Source of the DNA: Gammaproteobacteria bacterium
GTDB taxonomy: Bacteria > Pseudomonadota > Gammaproteobacteria > Ga0077536
Direction of reading: 5' to 3'
Length of the DNA: 64,000 bases
NCBI GenBank assembly: GCA_963662545.2
Contig: CAXXLL010000003.1
Location: forward strand, 2,112,001-2,176,000
The stretch's first letter is position 1. Every line of letters begins with the position of its first letter. The position numbers and the translations under genes are program-made. The notes below the pieces were generated by a model that was given only the letters and a program-made list of their open reading frames with translations, had not been told where the DNA came from and did not search any database. Positions 11,215 through 21,596 of this stretch are shown here, in pieces.

Positions 11215-11330
11215 GTGATGCCAGACTATTCATAAGATTCAATCTGTTCGGTTGACTCTGGTAGCTTGACGGTTCTACCAAGTGCTACTACATTCCCACT
11301 CGTTGTGTGGGATCGAATGAGGGTACGACT

Positions 11331-12521
11331 GTGGCAGCCAGACTGACGGCGAGGTTCTCGGCGACGGTGACGAAGCCCGGCCGGCACGGCGACGGCAATG
11401 GCCTGTATCTGCTGATCAAGCCGAGCGGCACGAAGTCTTGGGTTTTGCGAACTGTCGTGCACGGGCGCCGATGCGACATCGGACTGGGCGGCTATCCACT
11501 GGTCTCGCTGGCCGAAGCCCGCACGGCGGCTTTCGAGCATCGCAAGCTGGCTCGTGCCGGTGGCGACCCGCTGGCACGCAAGCGGCGACGGGACATACCG
11601 ACCTTTGAAGAAGCCGCTCGCATGGTGATCGAAATCCACACACCGACGTGGCGCAAAGGCGGCAAGTCCGCGGAGCAATGGGAGTCCTCGTTGCGGCAAT
11701 ACGCCTTTCCGCGCCTCGGGGCCAAGTGCGTGGACACGATCACCACGGCGGACGTGATGGCCGTCCTGGTTCCGATCTGGACCGATAAGGCCGAGACTGC
11801 CCGCCGTGTTCGCCAACGTATAAGCGCGGTTATGAAATTGGCGGTCGCGCAAGGGTATCGCGCCGACAATCCCGCCGGCGAGGCAATTGCGGCCGCGTTG
11901 CCGAGAGTCGGCGGCACACCCCGGCATTTTCGAGCGGTTCATCACGCCGAGGCCGGCGATGTGGTCCGGGCGGTCAGGGAATCGCAGGGCTCGCTTGCGG
12001 CACGGCTGGCGTTCGAGTTCCTGGTTCTGACCGCGGCGCGCTCTGGGGAGGTACGGGGCGCTATGTGGTCCGAGTTCGACCTCAAGGCGGCGGTATGGAC
12101 GATACCCGGCGAGCGGATGAAGGGCGGACGCGCGCATCGCGTTCCGCTATCGGACCGGGCGCTGTCGCTTCTAGACGAGGCGCGGGCGCTCGATGACGGA
12201 AGCGGTTTGGTGTTTCCGTCGCCGACCGGGCGCAAGCCGATGTCCAATTCTATGCTTTCCAAGCCGTTGCGCGAACTCGGTATCGATGCCGTTCCGCACG
12301 GTTTCCGTTCCACCTTCCGGGACTGGTGTTCGGAGTCCGCGCAGGTGCCCCGGGATGTTGCCGAAGCCTGCCTTGCCCACGTCGTGAAGGGTGTCGAGGG
12401 CGCCTATGCCCGCTCGGACTTGCTGGACCGCCGCCGCACTCTGATGGCGCGGTGGGCCGCGTATCTAAATCCCGAGCCGGCAACTGTGGTGTCGCTTGAC
12501 GTGCGGCGGACGACAAGTTGA
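11331..12521 (+). CDS. P4-type tyrosine integrase with arm-binding domain
   Basis: HGDGNGLYL, LGGYPLVSLAEAR, TAARSGE, MK...H.VPL, HGFRSTFRDW, LAH...AY. Confidence 0.95.
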   Translation: MAARLTARFSATVTKPGRHGDGNGLYLLIKPSGTKSWVLRTVVHGRRCDIGLGGYPLVSLAEARTAAFEHRKLARAGGDPLARKRRRDIPTFEEAARMVIEIHTPTWRKGGKSAEQWESSLRQYAFPRLGAKCVDTITTADVMAVLVPIWTDKAETARRVRQRISAVMKLAVAQGYRADNPAGEAIAAALPRVGGTPRHFRAVHHAEAGDVVRAVRESQGSLAARLAFEFLVLTAARSGEVRGAMWSEFDLKAAVWTIPGERMKGGRAHRVPLSDRALSLLDEARALDDGSGLVFPSPTGRKPMSNSMLSKPLRELGIDAVPHGFRSTFRDWCSESAQVPRDVAEACLAHVVKGVEGAYARSDLLDRRRTLMARWAAYLNPEPATVVSLDVRRTTS

Positions 12522-12667
12522 CGCGGTGGGCAGCGATTACCACCCTCTCCCCGGGTGGGAGGACTTTAACGAATGCCGCACGACGGTCCCGGTGCCGGCG
12601 ACTCCGGGCGAACCTGCGGTGAGGCCTGAGCCGTTGCGCCCATTGCCTCCGGCAAAACCGCGCAGAC

Positions 12668-13576
12668 GTGAACAAACCTAACACACCGGACACGAGCGTG
12701 CCGGCAGCGGGTGCGGATTTGGATAGGTTCCTGCTCAAGATAACCGGCTTCGCGGCCTTGACGGATTTGTTCTGTACGGGCATGTCCGAGACCGAATCCG
12801 AAAGGCTATGTTGGGACGCCCAACATTTCGCCTTTCTGGCTTCTAATTACCGAGAGCGTTTCGAGAATGACAAAATCATCCTAAGGCATGACGAAGCCGT
12901 GGAGGCCTACCGACTCTTATCACCGCTTATACGCGCGTCACAGGACCCAATTGTTTATAGCCGGATGATGGTTTCCCGGCTTCTCGATACCGGAGGCTTG
13001 GCCCTTGACCCTGGCGCCGTAGAGACGCTTCTCCACGAGCATGAGGATGATGCCTGTTTCGAGGGCAAAGAGGCTTGGGACAGATATATAACCCACGAAG
13101 CACTCCTCCTCTCCGTGGAGCGCATAGACCGCAAGGAGCGCACCGAAGCGATCGATCCCGATTGGCGCTGGTTGCGCGATCAGTGCCGAGACGTACTTGA
13201 ACGCCGGCCCGTCACTCGCCCACGCGGCGGGAGGCTCGATCCGCGCATTCGCGAACTGCGCGACGCGCTGGTGAGCGCGTACTTGCAATTGTTCGACGGC
13301 TGCGGGCTTACCGTCACTTCCCGGAACGGTGTCTCACTTGCTAGCGCGATGGCAGAGGCGACGGACATCCCCGAAACCACCATCGACAGCATTTGGCGGC
13401 GCGCTGGCGCTGGGGTTGGAGCATTTCCACCGTATCGTGACGATATGCACTCACGGGAGCGATTCGTTACGTGCGCCGGTTGCGGCGCCCTGGTGTCGAA
13501 GATTGACGCAGGACTCGACTTTGAGTCTGGGCGAGGCGAGCCGCGCTGCGAGTCGTGCCGCGGCCTTCGGGAATAG
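12668..13576 (+). CDS. Hypothetical protein with C-terminal HTH-like segment and CxxC-CxxC finger
   Basis: 302-aa ORF between int and alpA; CAGC...CESC. Confidence 0.6.
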   Translation: MNKPNTPDTSVPAAGADLDRFLLKITGFAALTDLFCTGMSETESERLCWDAQHFAFLASNYRERFENDKIILRHDEAVEAYRLLSPLIRASQDPIVYSRMMVSRLLDTGGLALDPGAVETLLHEHEDDACFEGKEAWDRYITHEALLLSVERIDRKERTEAIDPDWRWLRDQCRDVLERRPVTRPRGGRLDPRIRELRDALVSAYLQLFDGCGLTVTSRNGVSLASAMAEATDIPETTIDSIWRRAGAGVGAFPPYRDDMHSRERFVTCAGCGALVSKIDAGLDFESGRGEPRCESCRGLRE

Positions 13577-13673
13577 CACGACCAATTTTATTCTTCGTAC
13601 CGCGAGCCGCGGTTCTTCTGTAATCCTCTCGAGCTAAGCCGGTACTTGACCGGTCTGAACGAGGATTTCAAAG

Positions 13674-13916
13674 ATGAACAGATTGTTGCGGCGCCCCGAA
13701 GTCGAATCGATCACCGGACTGTCGAGGGCGAGCATCTACGCCAAGATGCAGAAGGGCGAATTCTCCGCACCGGTGCGACTCGGCACCAACTCCGTCGCAT
13801 GGCGTGCGGCCGACATCAAGACATGGATTGACGCCCTGCCCCCAGCGAGGTTGGGGAGATCTAGCCGTACAACATCCCGTGCGGCGGCTGGCCCAGAAAC
13901 GAGTACGCCGCGGTAG
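13674..13916 (+). CDS. alpA: AlpA-family regulator/excisionase
   Basis: RLLRRPEVE..TGLSRASIY..M..G.F..PV.LG..SVAW. Confidence 0.92.
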   Translation: MNRLLRRPEVESITGLSRASIYAKMQKGEFSAPVRLGTNSVAWRAADIKTWIDALPPARLGRSSRTTSRAAAGPETSTPR

Positions 13917-14045
13917 TGATCGGGGCGCGGGGATGTATCGGTGGGATGCGCAGGTTCGCCGGGAGCGGTGTCGAGAGCCAGCTCCGTCGGGCTCGATTCC
14001 CGAGTCGCCAACCCAACTCCGAACAACCGCAGGCAGGCCGTCACG

Positions 14046-15719
14046 GTGAGTGATTCTACGCTTACCGATTGGCTACCGGCACTTGAGCGTGTTACGGGAA
14101 AGGCGCCCCGGCGCTCTGGGGACGAGTACCGCTCTCCCTGCCCGGCGCACGGTGGTGAGGACGACAACCTGTCCGTGACGAAGCGCGACGGGCGGGTGCT
14201 GACAACCTGCCACTCGCACGGCTGCGCGCACGAGGATATCCGGGTGGCCACGTTCGGCGTAAACGGAACGACCTATCAGGACCGGGACCGACCCCCATAT
14301 GTGAGTCCCGGTCCCGACAGGCCCTGGAACTACTACAACGCTGACGGCTCGCTACATCTGACGGTCATTCGGTCGAATACTCCGCATGGGAAACGCATTC
14401 GTCGAGAGCCGAGCGGCGTAAAACCGCCGCACCCGATCTATGCCGTGCGTGAAGTCCTGGAACGTCAAGGTGACCCAGTCCTTGTCGTCGAGGGTGAGAA
14501 GGCTGCCGACGCAGCAGCGAAGCGATTCCCCGGGTACGTCGTGACGACATCGTGCGGCGGCTCGAAGCAAGCAAAGCAATCGGACTGGAAACCCGTCGCG
14601 GGCCGCGAGGTGGTGATCTGGCCGGACGCGGACGACCCGGGCCTAAAGTACGCCGCGGACGTCGCAGCGCTTACGCGGGAGGCTGGCGCGGCAGAGGTGC
14701 GGATCGTCGAGTTGCCGGTTGGTTTGCCAGAATCATGGGATCTGGCCGACGCAGTGCCGACCGGTACCGACATCGAGCTCATCCTCGAGAGCCGGCCGAT
14801 GCTTCCGGTGGTGAGCCTGGGCGAGCTGTACGCGGAGCCCGATGCAGAGGTGGATTGGCTCGTCGACGGCCTGCTGCCGTCAGACGGTATCTCCCTGCTG
14901 GTGGCGCCGCCGAAGGTCGGAAAGTCGACCTTGGTGCGGTGTCTAGCGGTAACGGTGGCGGACGGTCGGGGGTGGTGGCTCGGCAGGGCGGTGAAGGCCG
15001 GGACTGTGCTGCACTTGGCGCTCGAAGAACGGCGGTCCACGGTGCGCGACCACTACCGTAGTCTGAACGCCCCGGAAAACAGCATCTATGCGTTCGTCGG
15101 GATGGCGCCGGCACAAAAAGATCGGCTCCGGCTGTTGCGAGAAACGGTGCGCGCTATCCGGCCCGCGCTTGTCATCATCGATCCGCTGTTCAGGTACGCG
15201 CACATCCTGGACGGGAACAACTACGCTGAGACTGTGGAGAGGCTCGGTCCCTTTATCGACCTCGCCCGGAGTGAATCAACGCATGTCCTGCTCGTGCACC
15301 ATGCGCGCAAAGGAGGTGGCGAGCATGGCGCCGAATCGCTCGGCAGTACAGGCCTATGTGCGTCTGTCGATACCTTCATGGGTCTTTCTCGAAACGAAAC
15401 CACCCGAAATTTGTACGCATTCGGCCGCGATGGGGTTGAGATCGAGAAAACCGTGCTGCGCATGGACGAGGACGGATGGGTCACGGCGGCCGGGACGAAG
15501 CATCAAGCCGGCGTGCGCGACGTCATGCGCGAGGTCCTCGACTTCATTGGCGAAAGTCCAAAACCAGTGTCGGGGCCGGAGGTCAGGGAAGGGGTTTCGC
15601 GAGGTAAGCCGGTGGTTCGAGAAGCGCTCAAGAAGCTAGTGGCCGACGGCGACCTTGAGCAGACCGGCAATGGGCCAACGGTTCGGTATTCGGCTATCGG
15701 GACCAGGACTCACCCATAG
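14046..15719 (+). CDS. Primase-helicase (Zn-binding + Toprim + RecA-like AAA_25 helicase + wHTH); start uncertain (13941 or 14046)
   Basis: CPAH..D...SV...CH..C; VEGEKAAD, WPDADDPG; Walker A APPKVGKS, Walker B IIDP; VHHARK. Confidence 0.88.
   Translation: MSDSTLTDWLPALERVTGKAPRRSGDEYRSPCPAHGGEDDNLSVTKRDGRVLTTCHSHGCAHEDIRVATFGVNGTTYQDRDRPPYVSPGPDRPWNYYNADGSLHLTVIRSNTPHGKRIRREPSGVKPPHPIYAVREVLERQGDPVLVVEGEKAADAAAKRFPGYVVTTSCGGSKQAKQSDWKPVAGREVVIWPDADDPGLKYAADVAALTREAGAAEVRIVELPVGLPESWDLADAVPTGTDIELILESRPMLPVVSLGELYAEPDAEVDWLVDGLLPSDGISLLVAPPKVGKSTLVRCLAVTVADGRGWWLGRAVKAGTVLHLALEERRSTVRDHYRSLNAPENSIYAFVGMAPAQKDRLRLLRETVRAIRPALVIIDPLFRYAHILDGNNYAETVERLGPFIDLARSESTHVLLVHHARKGGGEHGAESLGSTGLCASVDTFMGLSRNETTRNLYAFGRDGVEIEKTVLRMDEDGWVTAAGTKHQAGVRDVMREVLDFIGESPKPVSGPEVREGVSRGKPVVREALKKLVADGDLEQTGNGPTVRYSAIGTRTHP
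14276..14317. repeat. 42-bp palindromic GGGACC/GGTCCC element, copy 1 (candidate ori)
   Basis: 34/42 identical to the reverse complement of 15697-15738. Confidence 0.7.
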
Positions 15720-15738
15720 AGAGCGGTCCCGGTCCCGA
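15697..15738. repeat. 42-bp palindromic GGGACC/GGTCCC element, copy 2 (candidate ori)
   Basis: Inverted copy of 14276-14317 spanning the primase stop codon. Confidence 0.7.
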
Positions 15739-15857
15739 TTCGGGGGAGAACATGTCATCAACGCATACATCGCAGCCTGCCGGCCAGCGTTCAGACGGGC
15801 GATGACGGCGGACTCCCCAGATGACTTAATGCAAGCTGTCATCAGGAGCAATCGATT

Positions 15858-16376
15858 ATGACGAAAAGGAAACTTGCCAAGGGAAAGGCACCGGCGACCG
15901 TCGTCGCCAACGATGGGGAAGACGGAAGAGGCGCGCTTGCGCGTGTCGGCGGCTCGCAGTCCAACGATTGGAACACCACCATCGCGAATCAAGCGTTGCA
16001 GACGCTGTGGTTGAACAACTCGGATGATGAGGAACGGGACCGCCAACTGCAGAGGGCCACGCTCGTCGCCTTGGCCGGCATCGGGCCGAAGGACGAATTG
16101 GAAGGCATGATGGCTGCACAGCTGCTCGCCGCACACAACACTGCGATGGAGTGCTACCGCCGGGCCATGCTCGAAGAACAGACCGTCGAGGGACGGCGCG
16201 AGAACCTCAATCAGGCGAACAAGCTCTCGCGTACTTGGGCGACACTGCTGGAGGCGCTCAACAAGCATCGCGGCAAGGGCCAGCAGAAGGTCACGGTCGA
16301 GCACGTCCATGTCCACCCTGGCGGGCAGGCCGTAGTCGGCAATGTCGAAAGACCGGGGGGTGGGGGTGAGGAGTAA
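15858..16376 (+). CDS. Hypothetical protein preceding the HGGxSTG gene
   Basis: P.DELEGMMAAQL...H...MEC...QQKVTVEHVHV..GGQAVVG; AGGAG RBS. Confidence 0.8.
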   Translation: MTKRKLAKGKAPATVVANDGEDGRGALARVGGSQSNDWNTTIANQALQTLWLNNSDDEERDRQLQRATLVALAGIGPKDELEGMMAAQLLAAHNTAMECYRRAMLEEQTVEGRRENLNQANKLSRTWATLLEALNKHRGKGQQKVTVEHVHVHPGGQAVVGNVERPGGGGEE

Positions 16377-16392
16377 TTGGAGGAACAACCCC

Positions 16393-16650
16393 ATGCAAAG
16401 CAGATTGGCGATGCACCGGAGTCCTCGATGTGGAGCCCGAACGAGAAAAGGCAACCCGTGCCGGTCGCCCGCGATGGCGAACGGCCGATGCCGGATGCAC
16501 GGGGGCACGTCCCCCGGCGCACCGCGGGGTAACGACAACGCCCTGAAGCACGGTCGCTACACAGCCACTGCCATCGCAGAACGGCGGAAACTGGTGGCAC
16601 TCATCCGTTCCATACGCAAGTTAGTGGTGGAGGTGAACGGGTCCGATTGA
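16393..16650 (+). CDS. HGGxSTG-domain protein (small terminase-like motif)
   Basis: CGARTR.G.PC..PAM.NGRCRMHGG.SPGAP.GN.NALKHG. Confidence 0.85.
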   Translation: MQSRLAMHRSPRCGARTRKGNPCRSPAMANGRCRMHGGTSPGAPRGNDNALKHGRYTATAIAERRKLVALIRSIRKLVVEVNGSD

Positions 16651-16751
16651 GACCGCGGTCGGCGCTTACGGGTCCTTCCGGTTTGATCTTCAAGCGGGGC
16701 CCATGAGGACATGTGAAACCGGACCGCGAGTGGCGATGTTTGCCAGCGCCG

Positions 16752-17018
16752 CTAATGCTCACAGGCGTACGAAGATGCAGGAGCGAGCCCGGACTCCGAA
16801 GCGCAATCGACCCCGAACGTTGCAAGTCTAGCATCGGCTGACTGTCTGGCTGGCCCTGATTCGCCAAGCAGCGTGTAGAGATCTTTCTCGACCATTAGGT
16901 TCTTCGGGGTCGTGGCAAACACACCGCGGGCCGGGTTCGACTTCACGAAGCCGTAGATCTTCCCACTTGAATCCCGGAAGTTCCGTAATAGCCATTGTGG
17001 AATGTAGTGATGCCGCAC
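16752..17018 (-). pseudogene. DUF4238 protein, N-terminal fragment
   Basis: HHYIPQWLLRNF...EKDLYT; similarity ends early. Confidence 0.7.
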
Positions 17019-17329
17019 GTTCCCGTCTTCACTTGAGACAAGATTAGTCTGATGTTCTCACGCGGGTTAGTCGAGCACCGGTAAGAGTTTATCCGTCACC
17101 CACGAGTCAGCATCTTCGATCTCAGCAATACGTGCCGCCCGGTCGTACCTTGCAGAGTTGGCAGCCCCGTACCTTCGACGGTGAGACGAACCGCATGATT
17201 GTGTCTGCCTCTGGCCATTAGTTCCCGTTCTTCTCGTTCATCATCTCGATGAGCCCACCCTCGGCTGCCCGCAGCAGTTCGAAGATCATGCCTTCATCGA
17301 AGGCTCGCGCCCGAGTGTTAGGCCGATTC

Positions 17330-17520
17330 GTCATAAGCGTTGATTCTCGTGGTAAAAGCTTGATTGGCCAACGCCGAAGTATCTGCAGGTTCTCGCCACA
17401 TGCCTGTCTTTTCAGCGTGGCGCAGTACTTTGAGCTTGCGCTGAATGTCATGTGCATCGTTGATCATTCGCTCCATCCTGCTTTCTGCCAATCGGCAGCA
17501 AGCAGGATGCCCCGCAAGTC
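17330..17520 (-). mobile_element. IS481-family 5' remnant
   Basis: DIQRKLKVLRHAEKTG then frameshifted CRYFGV...FY. Confidence 0.6.
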
Positions 17521-17771
17521 CGTACAGTGCTACAGTCACTAACGGCGGCGGTGTACACATAGATTCACCGTCGGACCCACTGCGACAATGCGCAGTTGCT
17601 GAGATGCTTGTGACCTGCTCGGGGGCTTACCGCCCTACCACGAGCACGTTGCCCTTGGACGCAAGTTCAATCGGGGGAAAGCCCAACCCTTTGCTAATAC
17701 TGCCCGACGAGTAGCAGCGATGTTGCAAGCCACGGAAACTGCTAAGTTCCGGAAACGGAGAGATATACGAC

Positions 17772-18638
17772 GTGAAACATCACTTCATACCTCAATTCTT
17801 ACTGAAAGCCTGGGCCGACACGACGGAGGACGCAAAGCTTGAGGTCTTTCGACTTGACTTGCCAAATTTTCCATCCTCTCGGTGGATGCCCGAATACACT
17901 GCATACGAAGACAACCTTTACACGTTGACTAAACCTGTAGTGGCCGGTGTTGAGCAACAAGCCATCGAGACAGACTTCCTACAGCGCGTTGATAGTGACG
18001 GTGCAATGGTGCTGCACAAGTTAAGCACTATGGGTCTCTCCAACCTGAGTCCTCAGGAATTAGGTGTTTGGGCTTACTTCATAGAATCGCTTTTGTTTCG
18101 CACTCCAGACGCTGCTTCATGGCTCCGCGCTAAGGCACCCAATAATCTAAGAGCCTCTTTGAATGAACGGCCGGAGGAGTACGATGCGATAGCGGCAACT
18201 TGCGACCCACCGACGCTCGCAGACTTTGTTGAAGAGAATTTCCCAGGATACATTGAAAATTACGGAATCATGTCTTTAGGTAAATTGGTCTGCGATCAAG
18301 AGCGCGTCGAGAAGATACTACACATGAGATGGTGGTTATGGGATTTTAGTGGGCAAAAAAACCATTTGTTTCTTGCAGATCGGCCCTGCATTTTCACGGC
18401 AAACATCGACGATCCCGACTTGATCGTTGCGCTACCCATCGGTCCATGGAAGGCGTTTATGGCTACCAAGACGGAAGGGGTTGCAAGCGCGGTCAGACAG
18501 CAACGCCGACAGGACTTGCTAATGCAGATAAACGAGAGTTCGATCGGGCAAGCGAAGCAACGTGTTTACGCACGTGACGCGTCTACACGCCGTTTCATTT
18601 CCAATCGCTTGGCCAATCAAACGTCGGTGCGGCGTTGA
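17772..18638 (+). CDS. DUF4238 domain protein (candidate anti-phage)
   Basis: HHFIPQFLLK.W, EDNLY, RTP, LADRP, LPIGP, N..S..QA...VY. Confidence 0.85.
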   Translation: MKHHFIPQFLLKAWADTTEDAKLEVFRLDLPNFPSSRWMPEYTAYEDNLYTLTKPVVAGVEQQAIETDFLQRVDSDGAMVLHKLSTMGLSNLSPQELGVWAYFIESLLFRTPDAASWLRAKAPNNLRASLNERPEEYDAIAATCDPPTLADFVEENFPGYIENYGIMSLGKLVCDQERVEKILHMRWWLWDFSGQKNHLFLADRPCIFTANIDDPDLIVALPIGPWKAFMATKTEGVASAVRQQRRQDLLMQINESSIGQAKQRVYARDASTRRFISNRLANQTSVRR

Positions 18639-18861
18639 CGTGGAGACGGGCCAATGAAGGCGTCATTTGCGCCTTTACGGTTGTCGGTAGTCCGAAGGAA
18701 AAAGGCGAAGCGATGCATTGATGCTGTATTCCAGCATGTGCACTCGGAACGGAAACGAAAGAGAGTTGAGCCTTGATGTGGTCGTCATTGCAATTCCTAA
18801 ATCGCTACGGAGTGGATAATTGTCGACTGCCCACATAGGGGCAGAAGCATTGCCATCGGTC

Positions 18862-20140
18862 TGGCCTGAGTTGGGTTTTTTGGTCCAATTTAATTGAGAG
18901 AGTCTGGCTTATTCTGAATCTTGAAGAAGGAGGAACGAATGAGCCGGAAGAGATATGCGACGGAACAGATTATTGGGATGCTGCGTGAAGCGGAGGTGCT
19001 GCTTTCGCAGGGCAAGACGGCCGGCGAGGTCTGCCGTCATCTCGGTGTGTCAGAGCAGAGCTACTACCGCTGGCGTAGGGAGTACGGCGACCTCAAGGTC
19101 GATCAGGCGAAGCGCCTGAAAGAACTTGAACGGGAGAACGCCCGGCTTCGCAAGGCAGTGTCTGACCTGACCCTGGACAAGATGATCCTTAAAGAGACGT
19201 CCAAGGGAAACTTCTAAGCCCCGCCCGCCGCCGTGCTGCAGTCGAGCATATGCAGGAAGTGTTGTCTATCTCGGAGCGCCGGGCCTGCTGGGTTCTGGGC
19301 CAGCACCGCTCGACCCAGCGCAAGGTGCCGCGGGGCCGCCCAGATGAGGATGCCCTGAGCCGAGCCATTATTGCTCTGGCAAGTGAATATGGCCGCTATG
19401 GCTACCGGCGTATCTGCGCCCTGTTGAATGAGCAGGGCTGGAGTGTCGGTGTCAGCCGGGTGGCCCGGGTCTGGCGACGGAAGGGCTCAAGGTTCCCAGT
19501 AAACAGCCCAAACGGAGCCGTCTGTGGCTGAACCATGGCTCCTGTATCCGGCTGAGGCCGAGCTGGCCCAACCACGTCTGGGCTTACGACTTCGTCATGG
19601 ACCGGACCCACGACGGCAAGGCCTTCCGCATGCTCACTGTGATCGATGAGTACACCCGCAGGTGCCTGGCCATTGAGGTGGAACGGAAGCTCCGCCATGA
19701 CGATGTCCTGGCCTGTCTGACTGAGCTGTTCACCCAGTATGGGCCACCAGATCATATCCGGTCTGATAACGGGGCCGAGTTCACAGCCAAAGCAGTGCGC
19801 AAATGGCTCCCCAAAGTAGGCGTGAAGACCCTGTTCATAGAGCCGGGCTTACCCTGGGAGAACGGCTACAACGAGAGTTTCAACGGCAAACTCAGAGACG
19901 AGTTACTCAACGGAGAAATCTTCTACACTTTGAAGGAGGTCAAAGTGCTCATCGAACAATGGCGCAACCACTACAACACGGTCAGGCCGCATAGCGCGCT
20001 GGGCTACAGGCCGCCGGCTCCAATGGCCATCTTGCCAGCACCTCACGCAGCCCATTACCCTGATCACGCATCACTGCAAAAAGGAAACCAACAGGCCAGA
20101 TTCTCTCTTAACACTTGGACCACTTAAATCTGGCTGGCCA
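18862..20140 (+). mobile_element. IS3-family element: orfA 18939-19217, orfB to 20127, extra frameshift at ~19480
   Basis: TGGCC...TGGCCA ends; AAGGGAAAC at the orfA end; [24 protein letters not shown]. Confidence 0.92.
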
Positions 20141-20435
20141 CCCGATAGTCCGCCTTTAAGCCTTTTTCTCTTTTCATGGCTTCAAATGTACCCGCCTGCC
20201 CATATCAGGGCAAAGCGACTCTGGCCGACCTCGCACTAGTTCTGCAATAATCACGAATCGTGACAACCCGCAGGGTTCGCATCGTCGGGCTACCTGCTGA
20301 ATACAATAGTCATTTATATCTGGCATAGGGTAGCTCCCTAAGCCTGACGAATAGGCGGGAACGCTTCGCATACCTGTGTGGTTGTCACAAATGGCCCGGC
20401 ATCATTTCGATGCTGGGGACAATTAGTAGCAAGCT

Positions 20436-20750
20436 ATGCGGATCTATCACTTTGCCATTTTTCTCGGCATCTTCGCTTGTGCGATCCCATCTGCGCATGC
20501 AGCGTGCAGCACCTACGACACGGACTGCGTCACCCCTCGATACGGGTACGATCGATTGGCAGAGCCCTACGACCCAAACCCGCCACGACTCTACGACCGC
20601 GAGGGAAGATACCGGGGAGACTACAGCTCGAACCGATATGACCCTGATTCGGTATCCAACCCTTACGGGAGGTATGGAAGCGAATACTCGCCCGACAGCA
20701 TCAACAACCCCATCAATGCGTGGGAGGACTACGAAATTAGGCGGGAATAG
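20436..20750 (+). CDS. Small secreted hypothetical protein
   Basis: Signal peptide; YDPDSVSNPYGRYGSEYSPDSINNP. Confidence 0.7.
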   Translation: MRIYHFAIFLGIFACAIPSAHAACSTYDTDCVTPRYGYDRLAEPYDPNPPRLYDREGRYRGDYSSNRYDPDSVSNPYGRYGSEYSPDSINNPINAWEDYEIRRE

Positions 20751-20760
20751 GGGACAGAGG

Positions 20761-21312
20761 ATGGGAGGCCTTGAAAATTACCATCGGGAAATTACCGCGA
20801 GAATTCGGGCGGGCAAATTGCGTTTGGAAGTGATCAAAGAGGCAGGCGCAGATCCTAATTCTGTCGCCTTCTCGAAATTCTGGACGCTTTTTTCCTTCTA
20901 TGCTGCTGCTGGGAGCATAGGCATCGTCTGGAGATTGAATGGTCCGTGGTGGTGGTACCTCATTGGCGCTATTTGTGCGTTCTTTTGCGGCTCAGCGATC
21001 GCATTCATACTAGGGAAGAGAAGGGCAAGGCGATTAGCCATGGGGAAGCCGCTCGCCTTCGATAGCCTCTGGACAGAAGGCGTCCTAGCACTCGAACTGC
21101 CAGAATTAGACTCCCTCGACGAAGAGGGTACATGCGTGTCTCCCGATGATGATTACAGGGAGTTCGTGGCCCGACATTTCCTTAAAGCACCTCAAACTCG
21201 TATTGACGGTCTACAGCCCGCCATCATCGAATATCCAGACGGCACGGAGGTGGAAACGCTCGTGAGAGTCTGCCGCGGCCACGACTCAACACACAAGAAG
21301 GAGGATTCTTAA
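20761..21312 (+). CDS. Hypothetical 2-TM membrane protein
   Basis: ATG 10 nt after the upstream stop; two hydrophobic helices. Confidence 0.6.
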   Translation: MGGLENYHREITARIRAGKLRLEVIKEAGADPNSVAFSKFWTLFSFYAAAGSIGIVWRLNGPWWWYLIGAICAFFCGSAIAFILGKRRARRLAMGKPLAFDSLWTEGVLALELPELDSLDEEGTCVSPDDDYREFVARHFLKAPQTRIDGLQPAIIEYPDGTEVETLVRVCRGHDSTHKKEDS

Positions 21313-21344
21313 TATCAAGTGTTGAGACCATTCCTGAGAGTAAA

Positions 21345-21596
21345 TTGCGCTCGAACGAGAATTTGCGTGGAGGATTGGGAGAGGTCACGGTTCATTCCGC
21401 TGAAGGGAAACCGGCTGACTTGGTTTTAACAGTTGACGTAGATTCACCCTTCGACGGCGAATGTAATCGTCATACATTCCTGACGAATGCGGTCCGGCTT
21501 TTGGAATTGGCGTCCCGCATACAGAACACGCTTCTGCCGAAGAGTGAGATTCTTGAGGCTCTAGAACGGATTGAGTCGAAGCTTGATTCGACATAA
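21345..21596 (+). CDS. Hypothetical protein
   Basis: Co-oriented ORF only. Confidence 0.4.
   Translation: MRSNENLRGGLGEVTVHSAEGKPADLVLTVDVDSPFDGECNRHTFLTNAVRLLELASRIQNTLLPKSEILEALERIESKLDST

Noticed and set aside
11195-11330. tRNA/tmRNA fragment as the integration site
   Set aside because: No T-loop or CCA signature; the att site is in coxG.
20410-21312. Single 300-aa ORF
   Set aside because: Better explained as 20436-20750 in another frame plus 20761-21312.
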